DNA of 64,000 bases from an uncultured delta proteobacterium (GTDB lineage Bacteria; Myxococcota_A; Polyangia; Polyangiales; JAFGIB01). The notes beneath the pieces are model-generated. The model ran no database searches. It saw only the letters and a list, made by a program, of their open reading frames with translations, and was not told the origin of the DNA. Of this stretch, positions 12,845-20,743 are shown piece after piece; position 1 is the first letter of the stretch, and each line of letters opens with the position of its first letter. A program made the translations under genes and the position numbers. The stretch lies in contig CAVZVA010000005.1 in the NCBI GenBank assembly GCA_963778655.1, positions 816,679 through 880,678 on the forward strand, written 5' to 3'.

Positions 12845-13101
12845 TGGCTGCGACGTCGACGCGTCTGGGGTGGTGCGTGCTCGCCTTGGCGTTGTTGACC
12901 GCCGCCGGCGCACGCGCCCAGGACAAGCGCCAGAAAGCGCCCAAGGTGATCGAGCTGGAGGAAATCAGAATCGAGGGCCGGGTACAGAAGCCCAACGCCT
13001 TCTACATCCTGAATCGCTCGACCATCGGCTACGAGGTCATGGAGCTGCGCACCAGCTTCGTGCAAGAGGTCGTGCACGCCGTGGATAGCGACCCGTTCTG
13101 A
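12841..13101 (+). CDS. Small exported protein, GltF/CglF-like
   Basis: 86 aa, signal peptide, IELEEIRIEGRVQKPNAFYILNR motif resembling GltF paralogues; lies between gltE- and gltG-like genes. Confidence 0.72.
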   Translation: MMAATSTRLGWCVLALALLTAAGARAQDKRQKAPKVIELEEIRIEGRVQKPNAFYILNRSTIGYEVMELRTSFVQEVVHAVDSDPF

Positions 13102-13716
13102 GTGGATGCGGCTCGGGCCGGCTGGACGGCGTTCAACGCGTTTCAAGCCCTGTTGGGCGCAGGCGCCATGGCATTGATCGGCGTGCGGATGCGGGTGCTG
13201 CTGTTCGAGGCGCTGCTCGATATCCACAGTTTCGTGGCAGCGCTGCGCACCGCCATGGCGGGCGGCCAGCTCGCGCTGGCGCGGGCACTGGCCGAAGCGT
13301 GCAAGCCCGCGTGGGCGGCAAGGCTGGCGGCGTGCGGGCTGGCCGAGCTCGAGGCCGCGCGCGATCCGCGGCCGGCGCTGGAGGAGCTGCAAGGCGAGCT
13401 CGAGCAAGCCGCCTCACGCGGGCGTGATATGCTGCTCGCGCTCGGGCGCATGGCCAGCCCGATCGCCCTGATCGGCGTGATCGTCGAGATGGGCAACGCG
13501 GCGCACGGTGGCGGGGGTCTGCTCGGCCTGCAGCGCGGGCTGGTCGCGCGGATCGCCATGCAGCGGGCGGTGCTCACGGTCGCGCTGGGGCTGGGCACGT
13601 CGGCCGTTTGTTTTGTTGCCGCAGCAATTCTGCAGCGCAGCGCGGCGACACTGCGGCGCGACCTCACGCAGGTCCGCGCACTGTTCGACGCGCCTGAGGG
13701 CGGTGGAGAAATGTAG
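13102..13716 (+). CDS. Divergent MotA/TolQ/ExbB (AglR-like) membrane protein
   Basis: Three hydrophobic segments spaced as in TolQ/ExbB (N-terminal TM, cytoplasmic loop, LLALGRMASPIALIGVIV, AVLTVALGLGTSAVCF); canonical LLGLLGT and ALxTTA motifs eroded. Confidence 0.55.
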   Translation: MDAARAGWTAFNAFQALLGAGAMALIGVRMRVLLFEALLDIHSFVAALRTAMAGGQLALARALAEACKPAWAARLAACGLAELEAARDPRPALEELQGELEQAASRGRDMLLALGRMASPIALIGVIVEMGNAAHGGGGLLGLQRGLVARIAMQRAVLTVALGLGTSAVCFVAAAILQRSAATLRRDLTQVRALFDAPEGGGEM

Positions 13717-13923
13717 GGCCTGCAGAGCCTGGCGTGGCCTGCCAGCCGCCCTCCGGCCGCGGGGCCGCCCGGCGAAAAACCGCAACCCTGGACCGGACTT
13801 GGACAGCGTTGTACTGTGGCTGGCCGGCAGTACGGGCGCGCGGTGAGGGAACTTCTCGCGGCCCGAGACGTCTTCAGAGACAATGGGCAACGAGCAGGGC
13901 CCAGCCGAGCGAGAAACCCCACG

Positions 13924-15393
13924 ATGAGCGAGCAAACGCCCCAGTCGTCCCAGCCTCAGCGCGCGAGCCGGCCTGGCGCCATGACCATGGCGATGCAGGC
14001 CGTCCAGCTCAAACCCAGCGGGCCTAAGGTCCTGCGTATCGGTCTGATCCAGGGCGGCAAGATCGTCGAGGAGCGCATCATCCGCAGGCGCGAGACGGTC
14101 ACCGTCGGTAATTCGGAGAAGAACCACTTCGTCGTGCACGGCGAGGGCGTTCCGGCGCGCTTCGAGCTGTTCCAGCTGGTCGGCAACGACTACATCCTGA
14201 ACTTCACCGACAAGATGTCGGGCCGGGTCGGGCTGCCCGGCGGCGTCCAGGATCTGCAGCAAATGCGCCAGAGCGGCGCAGCGCGCAACGCCGGCACGCA
14301 CTTCCAGGTCAAGCTCAGCGATACCTCGCGCGGCAAGGTGGTGCTCGGCACGACCACGCTGCTGTTCCAATTCGTGGCGCCACCGCCGGTGCAGCCGCGC
14401 CCGCAGCTGCCGGCCGCGGCGCGCGCGGGCTTCGTGCGCAGCATCGACTGGCTGTTCACCGCGTTCACGGTCTTCACCTTCATGACGATGTTCGGCTTCA
14501 TCGTCTACCTCGAGAACGCGGACTGGCCGCTGACAGGGGGCGTCGAGGCGGTGCCCGAAGAAGTCGCGAAGATGATCTACGAGGAGCCGCCGCCGCCTCC
14601 GGAAGAGAAGCCTCAAGAGGCGGAGGCTCCCAGCGACCAAGCGCAGGCGGAAAAGGAGACGAAGAAGCCCGAGAAGCAATCGGCGCCCAAGGAAGCGTCG
14701 CCCGCCCCAACCAAGGAGGAGCAGGAGGCCGCCCAAGCGGAGAAGACCGCGCGCATTGCGCAGGAAGCCGCGCAAGCGGCCGAGGCGCTGGTGGTGGGCG
14801 CGCTGAGCTCGGAAGCCGGCGGCGCACTGGCCGACGTGCTCGCGGGCGGCGCGGTCACGGGCAACGCGCAGGACATCTTGGCGCAGGCCGCGGGCGTGGG
14901 CGTGGCGCAATCGGCTTCGGGGGGCGCGCTGCGTACGCGCTCCGGCGGCGGCTCGGGCAGCGGCCAGAAAGGTCTGGGCGCGCTGTCGCGCGCCGAGGGC
15001 GCCACCAAGGCCCAAGGCGAAGGCGGCAAGGTGGTCGAGCGCGTGATCAAGGCCAAGACGCCCTCGCTGGGCTCCGGCGGCGACATCGGCGGCAGCGGCG
15101 AGTTCGACTCGGCGCTGGTAGTGAAGATGATCAAGCAGCGCATCGGCGCCATCAAGGCCTGCTACGAGCGCGAGCTGAAGAGCAATCCGACCCTCGCGGG
15201 CAAGATCACGATCCAGTTCACGATCGAGGAGCGCGGCAACGTCTCGGGGGTCAAGGTCACCGACAACAGCATGGGCAGCGACGCGGTGGGCTCGTGCGTC
15301 GCCAACGCGATCCAGCGCTTCCGCTTCAACCCCGGGCCGAGCGGCGGATCGGTCAGTTTCTCGTACCCCTTCGTCTTCGCGCCCCAAAACTGA
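13924..15393 (+). CDS. GltG/PglI-like protein (FHA-like N-domain, TM, Pro/Glu linker, AgmX/PglI TonB-C-like domain)
   Basis: KVLRIGLIQGGKIVEERI N-domain; TM WLFTAFTVFTFMTMFGFIVYL; EEPPPPPEEK; C-terminal IKACYERELKSNPTLAGKITIQFTI...SYPFVF. Confidence 0.85.
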   Translation: MSEQTPQSSQPQRASRPGAMTMAMQAVQLKPSGPKVLRIGLIQGGKIVEERIIRRRETVTVGNSEKNHFVVHGEGVPARFELFQLVGNDYILNFTDKMSGRVGLPGGVQDLQQMRQSGAARNAGTHFQVKLSDTSRGKVVLGTTTLLFQFVAPPPVQPRPQLPAAARAGFVRSIDWLFTAFTVFTFMTMFGFIVYLENADWPLTGGVEAVPEEVAKMIYEEPPPPPEEKPQEAEAPSDQAQAEKETKKPEKQSAPKEASPAPTKEEQEAAQAEKTARIAQEAAQAAEALVVGALSSEAGGALADVLAGGAVTGNAQDILAQAAGVGVAQSASGGALRTRSGGGSGSGQKGLGALSRAEGATKAQGEGGKVVERVIKAKTPSLGSGGDIGGSGEFDSALVVKMIKQRIGAIKACYERELKSNPTLAGKITIQFTIEERGNVSGVKVTDNSMGSDAVGSCVANAIQRFRFNPGPSGGSVSFSYPFVFAPQN

Positions 15394-15504
15394 ACGGGCC
15401 GAGCCGGCTGCGCAACCGATGCACGGGAGCTGCCCCAGTCGGGGACCCCGCCTGTGCCGGGCCCTTCCCAACGACGATTGGCAAGTTCGCGTGATTCTTG
15501 TGCA

Positions 15505-15532
15505 TTGACACGGTCGGACGGCACAATATACT
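15505..15532 (+). promoter_or_regulatory. Sigma70-like promoter upstream of the polysaccharide-export genes
   Basis: TTGACA(15505-10)-N16-TATACT(15527-32), 27 bp before ATG 15560. Confidence 0.6.
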
Positions 15533-15559
15533 CGCGACGTAACCGGGGAAGAGGCGGAC

Positions 15560-16174
15560 ATGCGTACCTACTGGACGGCCCCATCTGCGTTTTCCATGTT
15601 GGTCATGACGACTGCGGCCCTGGCGCAGAGCCAACCTGCGGCGACATCTGCGCAGGCGCCCGCGCCCGCGACACAACCCGCGGTGCAACCGACGACGCAA
15701 GGCGGAGCAGGCGCGCAGCCCCACACGGCGACCCCCGAGGAGCTGATCGCGCAGGGCGAGGCCGTGGTGCGGCGGGGCAACGCGATCAGTCAAAGCGTGC
15801 TCAGCATGCTGCAGGATGCGCGCAAAGAGGCGGACATCATCAAGATCACCTGCCTCGACGACAAGCTGGCCCAGGTCAACGCCAACCTGCACACGGCCGA
15901 GAGCCGGCTCGACGCCCTGAAGAAGGCGGTCGATCCGGATCTGCGAATGCACGAGTACACCGTGCTGACGGTGCTCGCGCAGAAGTTGCAGGTGCTGGAC
16001 CAGGAGGCGCACCAGTGCGTGGGCCAGGCGATGTACGAGACGGGCGTGACGAAGGTCGTGACTGAAATTGATCAGAGCAAGCTACCGTTCGAGGAGAACA
16101 CGCCCTCCAACATTCCTGTGATCAAACCCGGCGTCGTGCCCGAGCCGTCTGGTCCCAGCAGTGGAACGATGTAG
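15560..16174 (+). CDS. Exported helical hypothetical protein with two Cys (paralogue of 19877-20509)
   Basis: Signal peptide TTAALAQ; ARKEADIIKITCLDDKL...EAHQCVG. Confidence 0.75.
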   Translation: MRTYWTAPSAFSMLVMTTAALAQSQPAATSAQAPAPATQPAVQPTTQGGAGAQPHTATPEELIAQGEAVVRRGNAISQSVLSMLQDARKEADIIKITCLDDKLAQVNANLHTAESRLDALKKAVDPDLRMHEYTVLTVLAQKLQVLDQEAHQCVGQAMYETGVTKVVTEIDQSKLPFEENTPSNIPVIKPGVVPEPSGPSSGTM

Positions 16175-16260
16175 GCATCTCACGCAGGCCCACGCGCCCA
16201 ATCACTAAATGGACCCGGGGGAGCAGTTCCCGACCCCCAAATCGGAGCTAGTCCGGGACG

Positions 16261-17601
16261 ATGCGTTTTCGCTTTGCTTGGCTTTGGGGCGTACTCGCCG
16301 CAGTGATCCTGCTGGGCACGGCTCGCGCTGAAGCCCAGGTGGGTGGCGATATCGGCTCGCCGCAATGGCTGTCTGATCGCCAGCGCGCCGAGGGTCGCGG
16401 CGTACGTCTGGGCGACTTCGAGCTGCACCCGGGCATCGGCGCTGAGGGCGGCTGGGTCAGCAACGTGTTGCTCTCGGATCCGGCCAAGGCGAGCGGAGTG
16501 CTGCGGGTCGCGCCGCACCTGTATCTCTCGACGCTGGGCGCGGAGCGGCTGGAAGGTGAAAGGCCGACGGTGGCCTTCCGAGCGGGCGCCAGTGGCACGC
16601 TCAAGCACTACTTCGCGACCAATCTCGGCACGGACATGGGCGTCGGCGAGGACGCGCGTCTGGTGTTGAGCCCGAGCCGCGTGTTCAGCGCCGAGGTCTT
16701 CGACGAGTACCAGCGCACGATCGATCCCTTCCAGGAAGCCTCGGGACCCACTGTCGGCCCGATCAAGCTGTCGGCCTTCGATCGCGATCGCCTGGGAGTG
16801 GGCACCAGGCTGCAGCTCTCCACGCCCGGCGGGCTGTTCAAGACCGGCGTCGGCTACCGCTTCGACATCGATCACTTCGAGAGCAAGACGCTCTCGGGCT
16901 CGCGCAACCAGACTCACACCATCTCCGCGGACACCAGTTGGGAGTTCCTGCCCAAGACCGCGCTGGTCTGGAACGGCGATGTGAAGCTACATCGGTATCT
17001 CAACGCTTCAGCCGCGCAGATGCCCACGAGCACATCCACCGGGGACCTCGGTGGGGACCGCTACAACAGCACCCAGCTCGACAGTAAGATCGGTCTCAAC
17101 GGCGCGCTGACCCAGAAGGTCGCGCTCACGGCCGCGGTCGGCTACGGCGCGGGCTTCTTCAGGAACGACAACGACTACGAGAGCGTGATCGCCCAGGTCG
17201 AGGCGCGCTGGCGAATGCAGGAGACGGCGCTGTGGGCGCTGGGCTACGACCGCCAGTTCAACAGCGCTTTCCAGGGCAACTTCGTGCGGATGGATCGGCT
17301 CAAGACCCGCCTGGAGGTCCTGATGTCGGGGGCCTTCTTGCTGGCGGCCAAGGTGGAGTTCACGTTTGCGACGTTCGGCAAAGATTCCAACGCCAACCTG
17401 GGGAATCGCCACGACAAGTATCTGTTGACCAATCTGAGCGGTGAGTATCGGTTCCTGGATTGGCTCGCAGCGACGGCCGAAATTGGATACATCCAGAACT
17501 TCACGAATTTTGAGTACCCGGCTCCGACGATGGGCGGGACGCCGATCAAGGCCTCATACAACCAGTTCTCGGCGTGGCTCGGCCTGCGCGCATTCCTGTG
17601 A
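16261..17601 (+). CDS. Outer-membrane beta-barrel, Wzp/EpsX-like partner of a short OPX protein
   Basis: Signal peptide ARAEAQ; alternating amphipathic strands; C-terminal AWLGLRAFL; immediately upstream of an OPX gene. Confidence 0.75.
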   Translation: MRFRFAWLWGVLAAVILLGTARAEAQVGGDIGSPQWLSDRQRAEGRGVRLGDFELHPGIGAEGGWVSNVLLSDPAKASGVLRVAPHLYLSTLGAERLEGERPTVAFRAGASGTLKHYFATNLGTDMGVGEDARLVLSPSRVFSAEVFDEYQRTIDPFQEASGPTVGPIKLSAFDRDRLGVGTRLQLSTPGGLFKTGVGYRFDIDHFESKTLSGSRNQTHTISADTSWEFLPKTALVWNGDVKLHRYLNASAAQMPTSTSTGDLGGDRYNSTQLDSKIGLNGALTQKVALTAAVGYGAGFFRNDNDYESVIAQVEARWRMQETALWALGYDRQFNSAFQGNFVRMDRLKTRLEVLMSGAFLLAAKVEFTFATFGKDSNANLGNRHDKYLLTNLSGEYRFLDWLAATAEIGYIQNFTNFEYPAPTMGGTPIKASYNQFSAWLGLRAFL

Positions 17602-17608
17602 CGCGAGC

Positions 17609-18199
17609 GTGTCGTTGAGCTGCGCGCGCGTGGTCGCGGTCGTGCTGCTCGCCGGCTGCGCGTCGGCACCGAGCAAGCCTGTCGTGATCGCGCCGCCGTC
17701 GGAACCGGTGGCGGCGCTCGGCCCAGGCGACTCGTTCGAGGTCAGCGTGTATGGGCAGGCTGATCTCTCGGGCAAGTACCGAATCGACGAAGACGGCAGC
17801 ATCAACTTCCCGCTGGTGGGCCGCATCGCGTGCGCGGGCAAGGCTCCCGGCGCGATCGCCACGACCATTCAGGACCAGCTCGCGCAGAAGCAGATCCTGC
17901 GCGACCCGCACGTGTCCGTGTTCCTGCTCGCGCAGACGTCCAAACAGATCTCGGTCATGGGCGCGGTCTCGAAGCCCGGCAGCTTTCCGCTCACGACCGG
18001 CATGACGATCATTCAGGCCATCAGCGCCGCCGGCGGGCTTACCCAGCTCGCCAGCGGCAACAGCACCATCGTGACGCGCCACGCCAACGGGCACCTGCAG
18101 CGCTTCAAGGTGGCCGTGGACCGTATCAGCGAAGGCCGCGAGGAAGACTTCACGCTGCAGGACGGCGACATCGTCTTCGTCCCCGAGAGGATCTTCTAA
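17609..18199 (+). CDS. wza: Short OPX/Wza-family polysaccharide export lipoprotein (Poly_export + SLBB)
   Basis: Lipobox LLAGC; LGPGDSFEVSVYGQADLSG, DGSINFPLVGRI, VMGAVSKPG, AISAAGGLT; ends LQDGDIVFVPERIF without the C-terminal OM helix. Confidence 0.9.
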   Translation: MSLSCARVVAVVLLAGCASAPSKPVVIAPPSEPVAALGPGDSFEVSVYGQADLSGKYRIDEDGSINFPLVGRIACAGKAPGAIATTIQDQLAQKQILRDPHVSVFLLAQTSKQISVMGAVSKPGSFPLTTGMTIIQAISAAGGLTQLASGNSTIVTRHANGHLQRFKVAVDRISEGREEDFTLQDGDIVFVPERIF

Positions 18200-18245
18200 T
18201 AGCGGTTCTTTTGGTGGGGGCTGCCGGGTGTAGTAGCATGTACGC

Positions 18246-18476
18246 ATGTTCGGGTTCCTCGCTCGGACCGCGTTTCGCATGCTGGTGCTGGCCGCCGCGC
18301 TGTACGGGACGTTCTTCGTTCCGATCGGCTCGCGCACGCTCTACGGGCACTTGCGCCGCATCGCTGCGACCTCCGAGGCCCACGAGCTGTTCGGCGCGGT
18401 CTCGGGCGTGGCCCACGACGCGGGCAAGGCCGTGGCGTCGCGGGTCGAGAAGCTGAAGCCGCCTCCTCTGCGTTGA
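18246..18476 (+). CDS. Small membrane-anchored hypothetical protein
   Basis: 76 aa, hydrophobic N-terminus, fits between wza and next gene in the same orientation. Confidence 0.55.
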   Translation: MFGFLARTAFRMLVLAAALYGTFFVPIGSRTLYGHLRRIAATSEAHELFGAVSGVAHDAGKAVASRVEKLKPPPLR

Positions 18477-18477
18477 T

Positions 18478-19329
18478 GTGCGGGCGCTCCGGGCGCAGGC
18501 TTTGCTCGTGAGCAGCGCTCCGCAGGCGGACCGGGCGTTGGTCAGCGAGGTCGTCGGGCGCGAGATCGTATGCCGGGTGGCCCCGCTGTTGGCGCGCGTC
18601 GGCATCGCCGTGATGCCGCTGAAGGGCGTCTGGCTGCAGGCCTGCGTGTACCGCGGCCGCGGGCTGCGGACGATCACCGACGTGGACCTGCTGGTGCAGG
18701 AGCACTGCTATGAGCGTGCGCTCGACGCCATGACGCAAGCGGGCTGGCGCCGGCGTTCCAGCGACACCCGAGAGACCAGCCTCGCGCATGCGGAGCTCGA
18801 GCTACCCGTGGATCTGCACCGCAGGCTGTTCACGCCGGGCGCGTTTCGACTGCCGACCGCGGAGCTGTTTGCGCGCGCGCGCGCGGACAGTGCCACCTTC
18901 GGCGTCGCGCTGCAGGCCCCCGACCCGCTGGACGTGTACGCGCACATGCTGGGACACAGTGTGAAGAGCCGCCTGCGGCTCGACGAGCCAGCGGCGTTTG
19001 TGGACTTCCGCGCCATGGCCGAGGCGTGGGTGCTCGATCCACGCGTTTGCGCGCACCACCTCGAGCGTGCGGGTATGGCGCGCGCGGCGCGCTTCGCGTT
19101 CGGAGAGCTGGCCGAAGCGCCGGGCCAGGGGTTCCTGCGCGCCCTGCTGGAGTCGCTGCGTCCCGACCCCCGGGGCGAGCGCGTGGTCGCCCTGGCCCGA
19201 GTCATCGCGCGGCGGGCCGAAGGCGCCCCGCGTTTGGGTGCGCTACCGGGCTTTCTGGTCGAGCGCTCGCTAACGGCGGGCGCGCTGGTGCTGGCGCGCC
19301 GCTTCGCGGACCGCGCGCGCGGCGGCTAG
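18478..19329 (+). CDS. Nucleotidyltransferase family protein (NTP_transf_5-like)
   Basis: PLKG...LRTITDVDLLV and VDLHRRL motifs. Confidence 0.8.
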   Translation: MRALRAQALLVSSAPQADRALVSEVVGREIVCRVAPLLARVGIAVMPLKGVWLQACVYRGRGLRTITDVDLLVQEHCYERALDAMTQAGWRRRSSDTRETSLAHAELELPVDLHRRLFTPGAFRLPTAELFARARADSATFGVALQAPDPLDVYAHMLGHSVKSRLRLDEPAAFVDFRAMAEAWVLDPRVCAHHLERAGMARAARFAFGELAEAPGQGFLRALLESLRPDPRGERVVALARVIARRAEGAPRLGALPGFLVERSLTAGALVLARRFADRARGG

Positions 19330-19365
19330 TGCCCTGGGCTCTGTGGTATCCTGATCAGGAAGCGC

Positions 19366-19827
19366 ATGGGTCAGAGCCGACGCATCGGCGAGCTCTTGAA
19401 GGCAGCGGGGCTTGTTACCGAGGAGCAGCTCGCGGAAGCGCTCGACGAGCAGGAGCGCAGCGCCGGGCGGCTGGGCGAGATCCTGGTCCGGCGCGGCGTT
19501 GTCGGTGAGCTCCAGGTCACGCAGGTGCTGTCGAACCAGCTCAGCGTGGCGTGGGTCTCGCTGCGGCATGTCGAGGTGACCGAGGAGCTGCTGGTGCTGG
19601 TGCCGCTCGAGGTGGCCGAGCAGTACACGCTGATCCCGGTTCACTTTCGCATCGGCGAGAAGAAGCAGAAGATCCTCTACGTCGCGATGGACGACCCCAC
19701 CGACGTCGCGGCGATGGAGCATGTCTCGCGCATCACGGGCATGCACGTGCGTCCGTTGATCGCTCCGCCGAGCGAGATTCGCCAGCAGATCGAGGCGCGC
19801 TACCGCGCTCGCATCGCGCAACCGTAG
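19366..19827 (+). CDS. Stand-alone MshEN/GspE N-terminal domain protein, putative c-di-GMP receptor
   Basis: Tandem RIGELLKAAGLVTEEQLAEALDEQ / RLGEILVRRGVVGELQVTQVLSNQ motifs and LYVAMDDP; no ATPase domain. Confidence 0.88.
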   Translation: MGQSRRIGELLKAAGLVTEEQLAEALDEQERSAGRLGEILVRRGVVGELQVTQVLSNQLSVAWVSLRHVEVTEELLVLVPLEVAEQYTLIPVHFRIGEKKQKILYVAMDDPTDVAAMEHVSRITGMHVRPLIAPPSEIRQQIEARYRARIAQP

Positions 19828-19876
19828 GGCGCAAGCCTCGCGCCGCCCCGCCCTCGCGTTCGGGCGCGCAGGGCGG

Positions 19877-20509
19877 TCAGAGGACCGGGCTCGCCATCGT
19901 CGGCGTAGAGGGCGTGTCCATCGGCATGTCGCCTTCCGACGGGCTTACCGATGTGGTCGTGGACGTTCCGGGCACCAGCAGGCCTTGTGGGCCGCGGTCG
20001 CTCGTCGCGGGAAGACGGTCGGTCGCCTGGTCCGTGCCCTTGGCCGCGGACGGATCGGTCGGCGGCTCGATGGCGTCGACCGACGTGCTATCCGGCTCGC
20101 CGGCGCCGACGCAACGCGAGGCTTCGGCGACCACGGCGCCCACCTTTTGGGCGACCACCGTGATGACCACGAACGGCTCGTGAGCCGCGTCTTCGCTGGG
20201 CGACTTGGCCAGCGTCTGCAGCTGCGCTTCGGCCTTGTTGCGCAGGCGGCCGACCTGGTCGAGCTTGTCGCGCAGGCAAGTCGCCAGTAGCCGATCGTCC
20301 TTGCGCTGGGCGCTGGCCATCACCGTCGAAAGCTGGAGCTGCGCCTTGGCGATGCCATCGAGGGCCGCGCGACCCGAGGCCAGCAAGGCCGCGGTCTCGG
20401 CCTGCGCCGGTGTGGACGGCACGCCGGTGTCAGCGCGGTCGGCGGCTGCCATCATGGGAATCACTGCGCTCAGGCTGACCAGGACCGGGACGTGAAAGCG
20501 CACTGCCAT
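19877..20509 (-). CDS. Exported hypothetical protein, paralogue of 15560-16174
   Basis: AQRKDDRLLATCLRDKL...HEPFVVITVVAQKV...EASRCVG aligns by eye with 15560-16174; GAGGA RBS before ATG. Confidence 0.72.
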   Translation of the reverse strand: MAVRFHVPVLVSLSAVIPMMAAADRADTGVPSTPAQAETAALLASGRAALDGIAKAQLQLSTVMASAQRKDDRLLATCLRDKLDQVGRLRNKAEAQLQTLAKSPSEDAAHEPFVVITVVAQKVGAVVAEASRCVGAGEPDSTSVDAIEPPTDPSAAKGTDQATDRLPATSDRGPQGLLVPGTSTTTSVSPSEGDMPMDTPSTPTMASPVL

Positions 20510-20743
20510 TCCTCGTTTCTATGAGAACAGAATAATACTACTACACAGAAATCCGTCTGTGAAGTAAATTTATATCTACATTCGACTCCGCCAAGCCCGA
20601 GGCGGATCCCTCCTCCAAGCTCTTTGGGGGGCAGCGAGGCCTCGGATGCCGGCGCGACCGGGCCCTTGGCGCGGGTCAGGGGATTCGCCGGAACGCGATT
20701 GCGGCGGGCGGCTGCGAGCCAAACCTCGGAGCGCTCGAGCCGG

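Noticed and set aside
5194..15393. Assigning canonical glt gene symbols
   Set aside because: Myxobacteria carry several paralogous clusters; orthology cannot be fixed without phylogeny.
18246..19329. Lasso-peptide or other RiPP locus suggested by the nucleotidyltransferase and small ORF
   Set aside because: No PqqD/RRE, protease or cyclase genes; the small ORF looks like a membrane protein.
19366..19827. Type II secretion or type IV pilus ATPase
   Set aside because: Only the MshEN N-domain is present; no Walker motifs and no secretion genes nearby.
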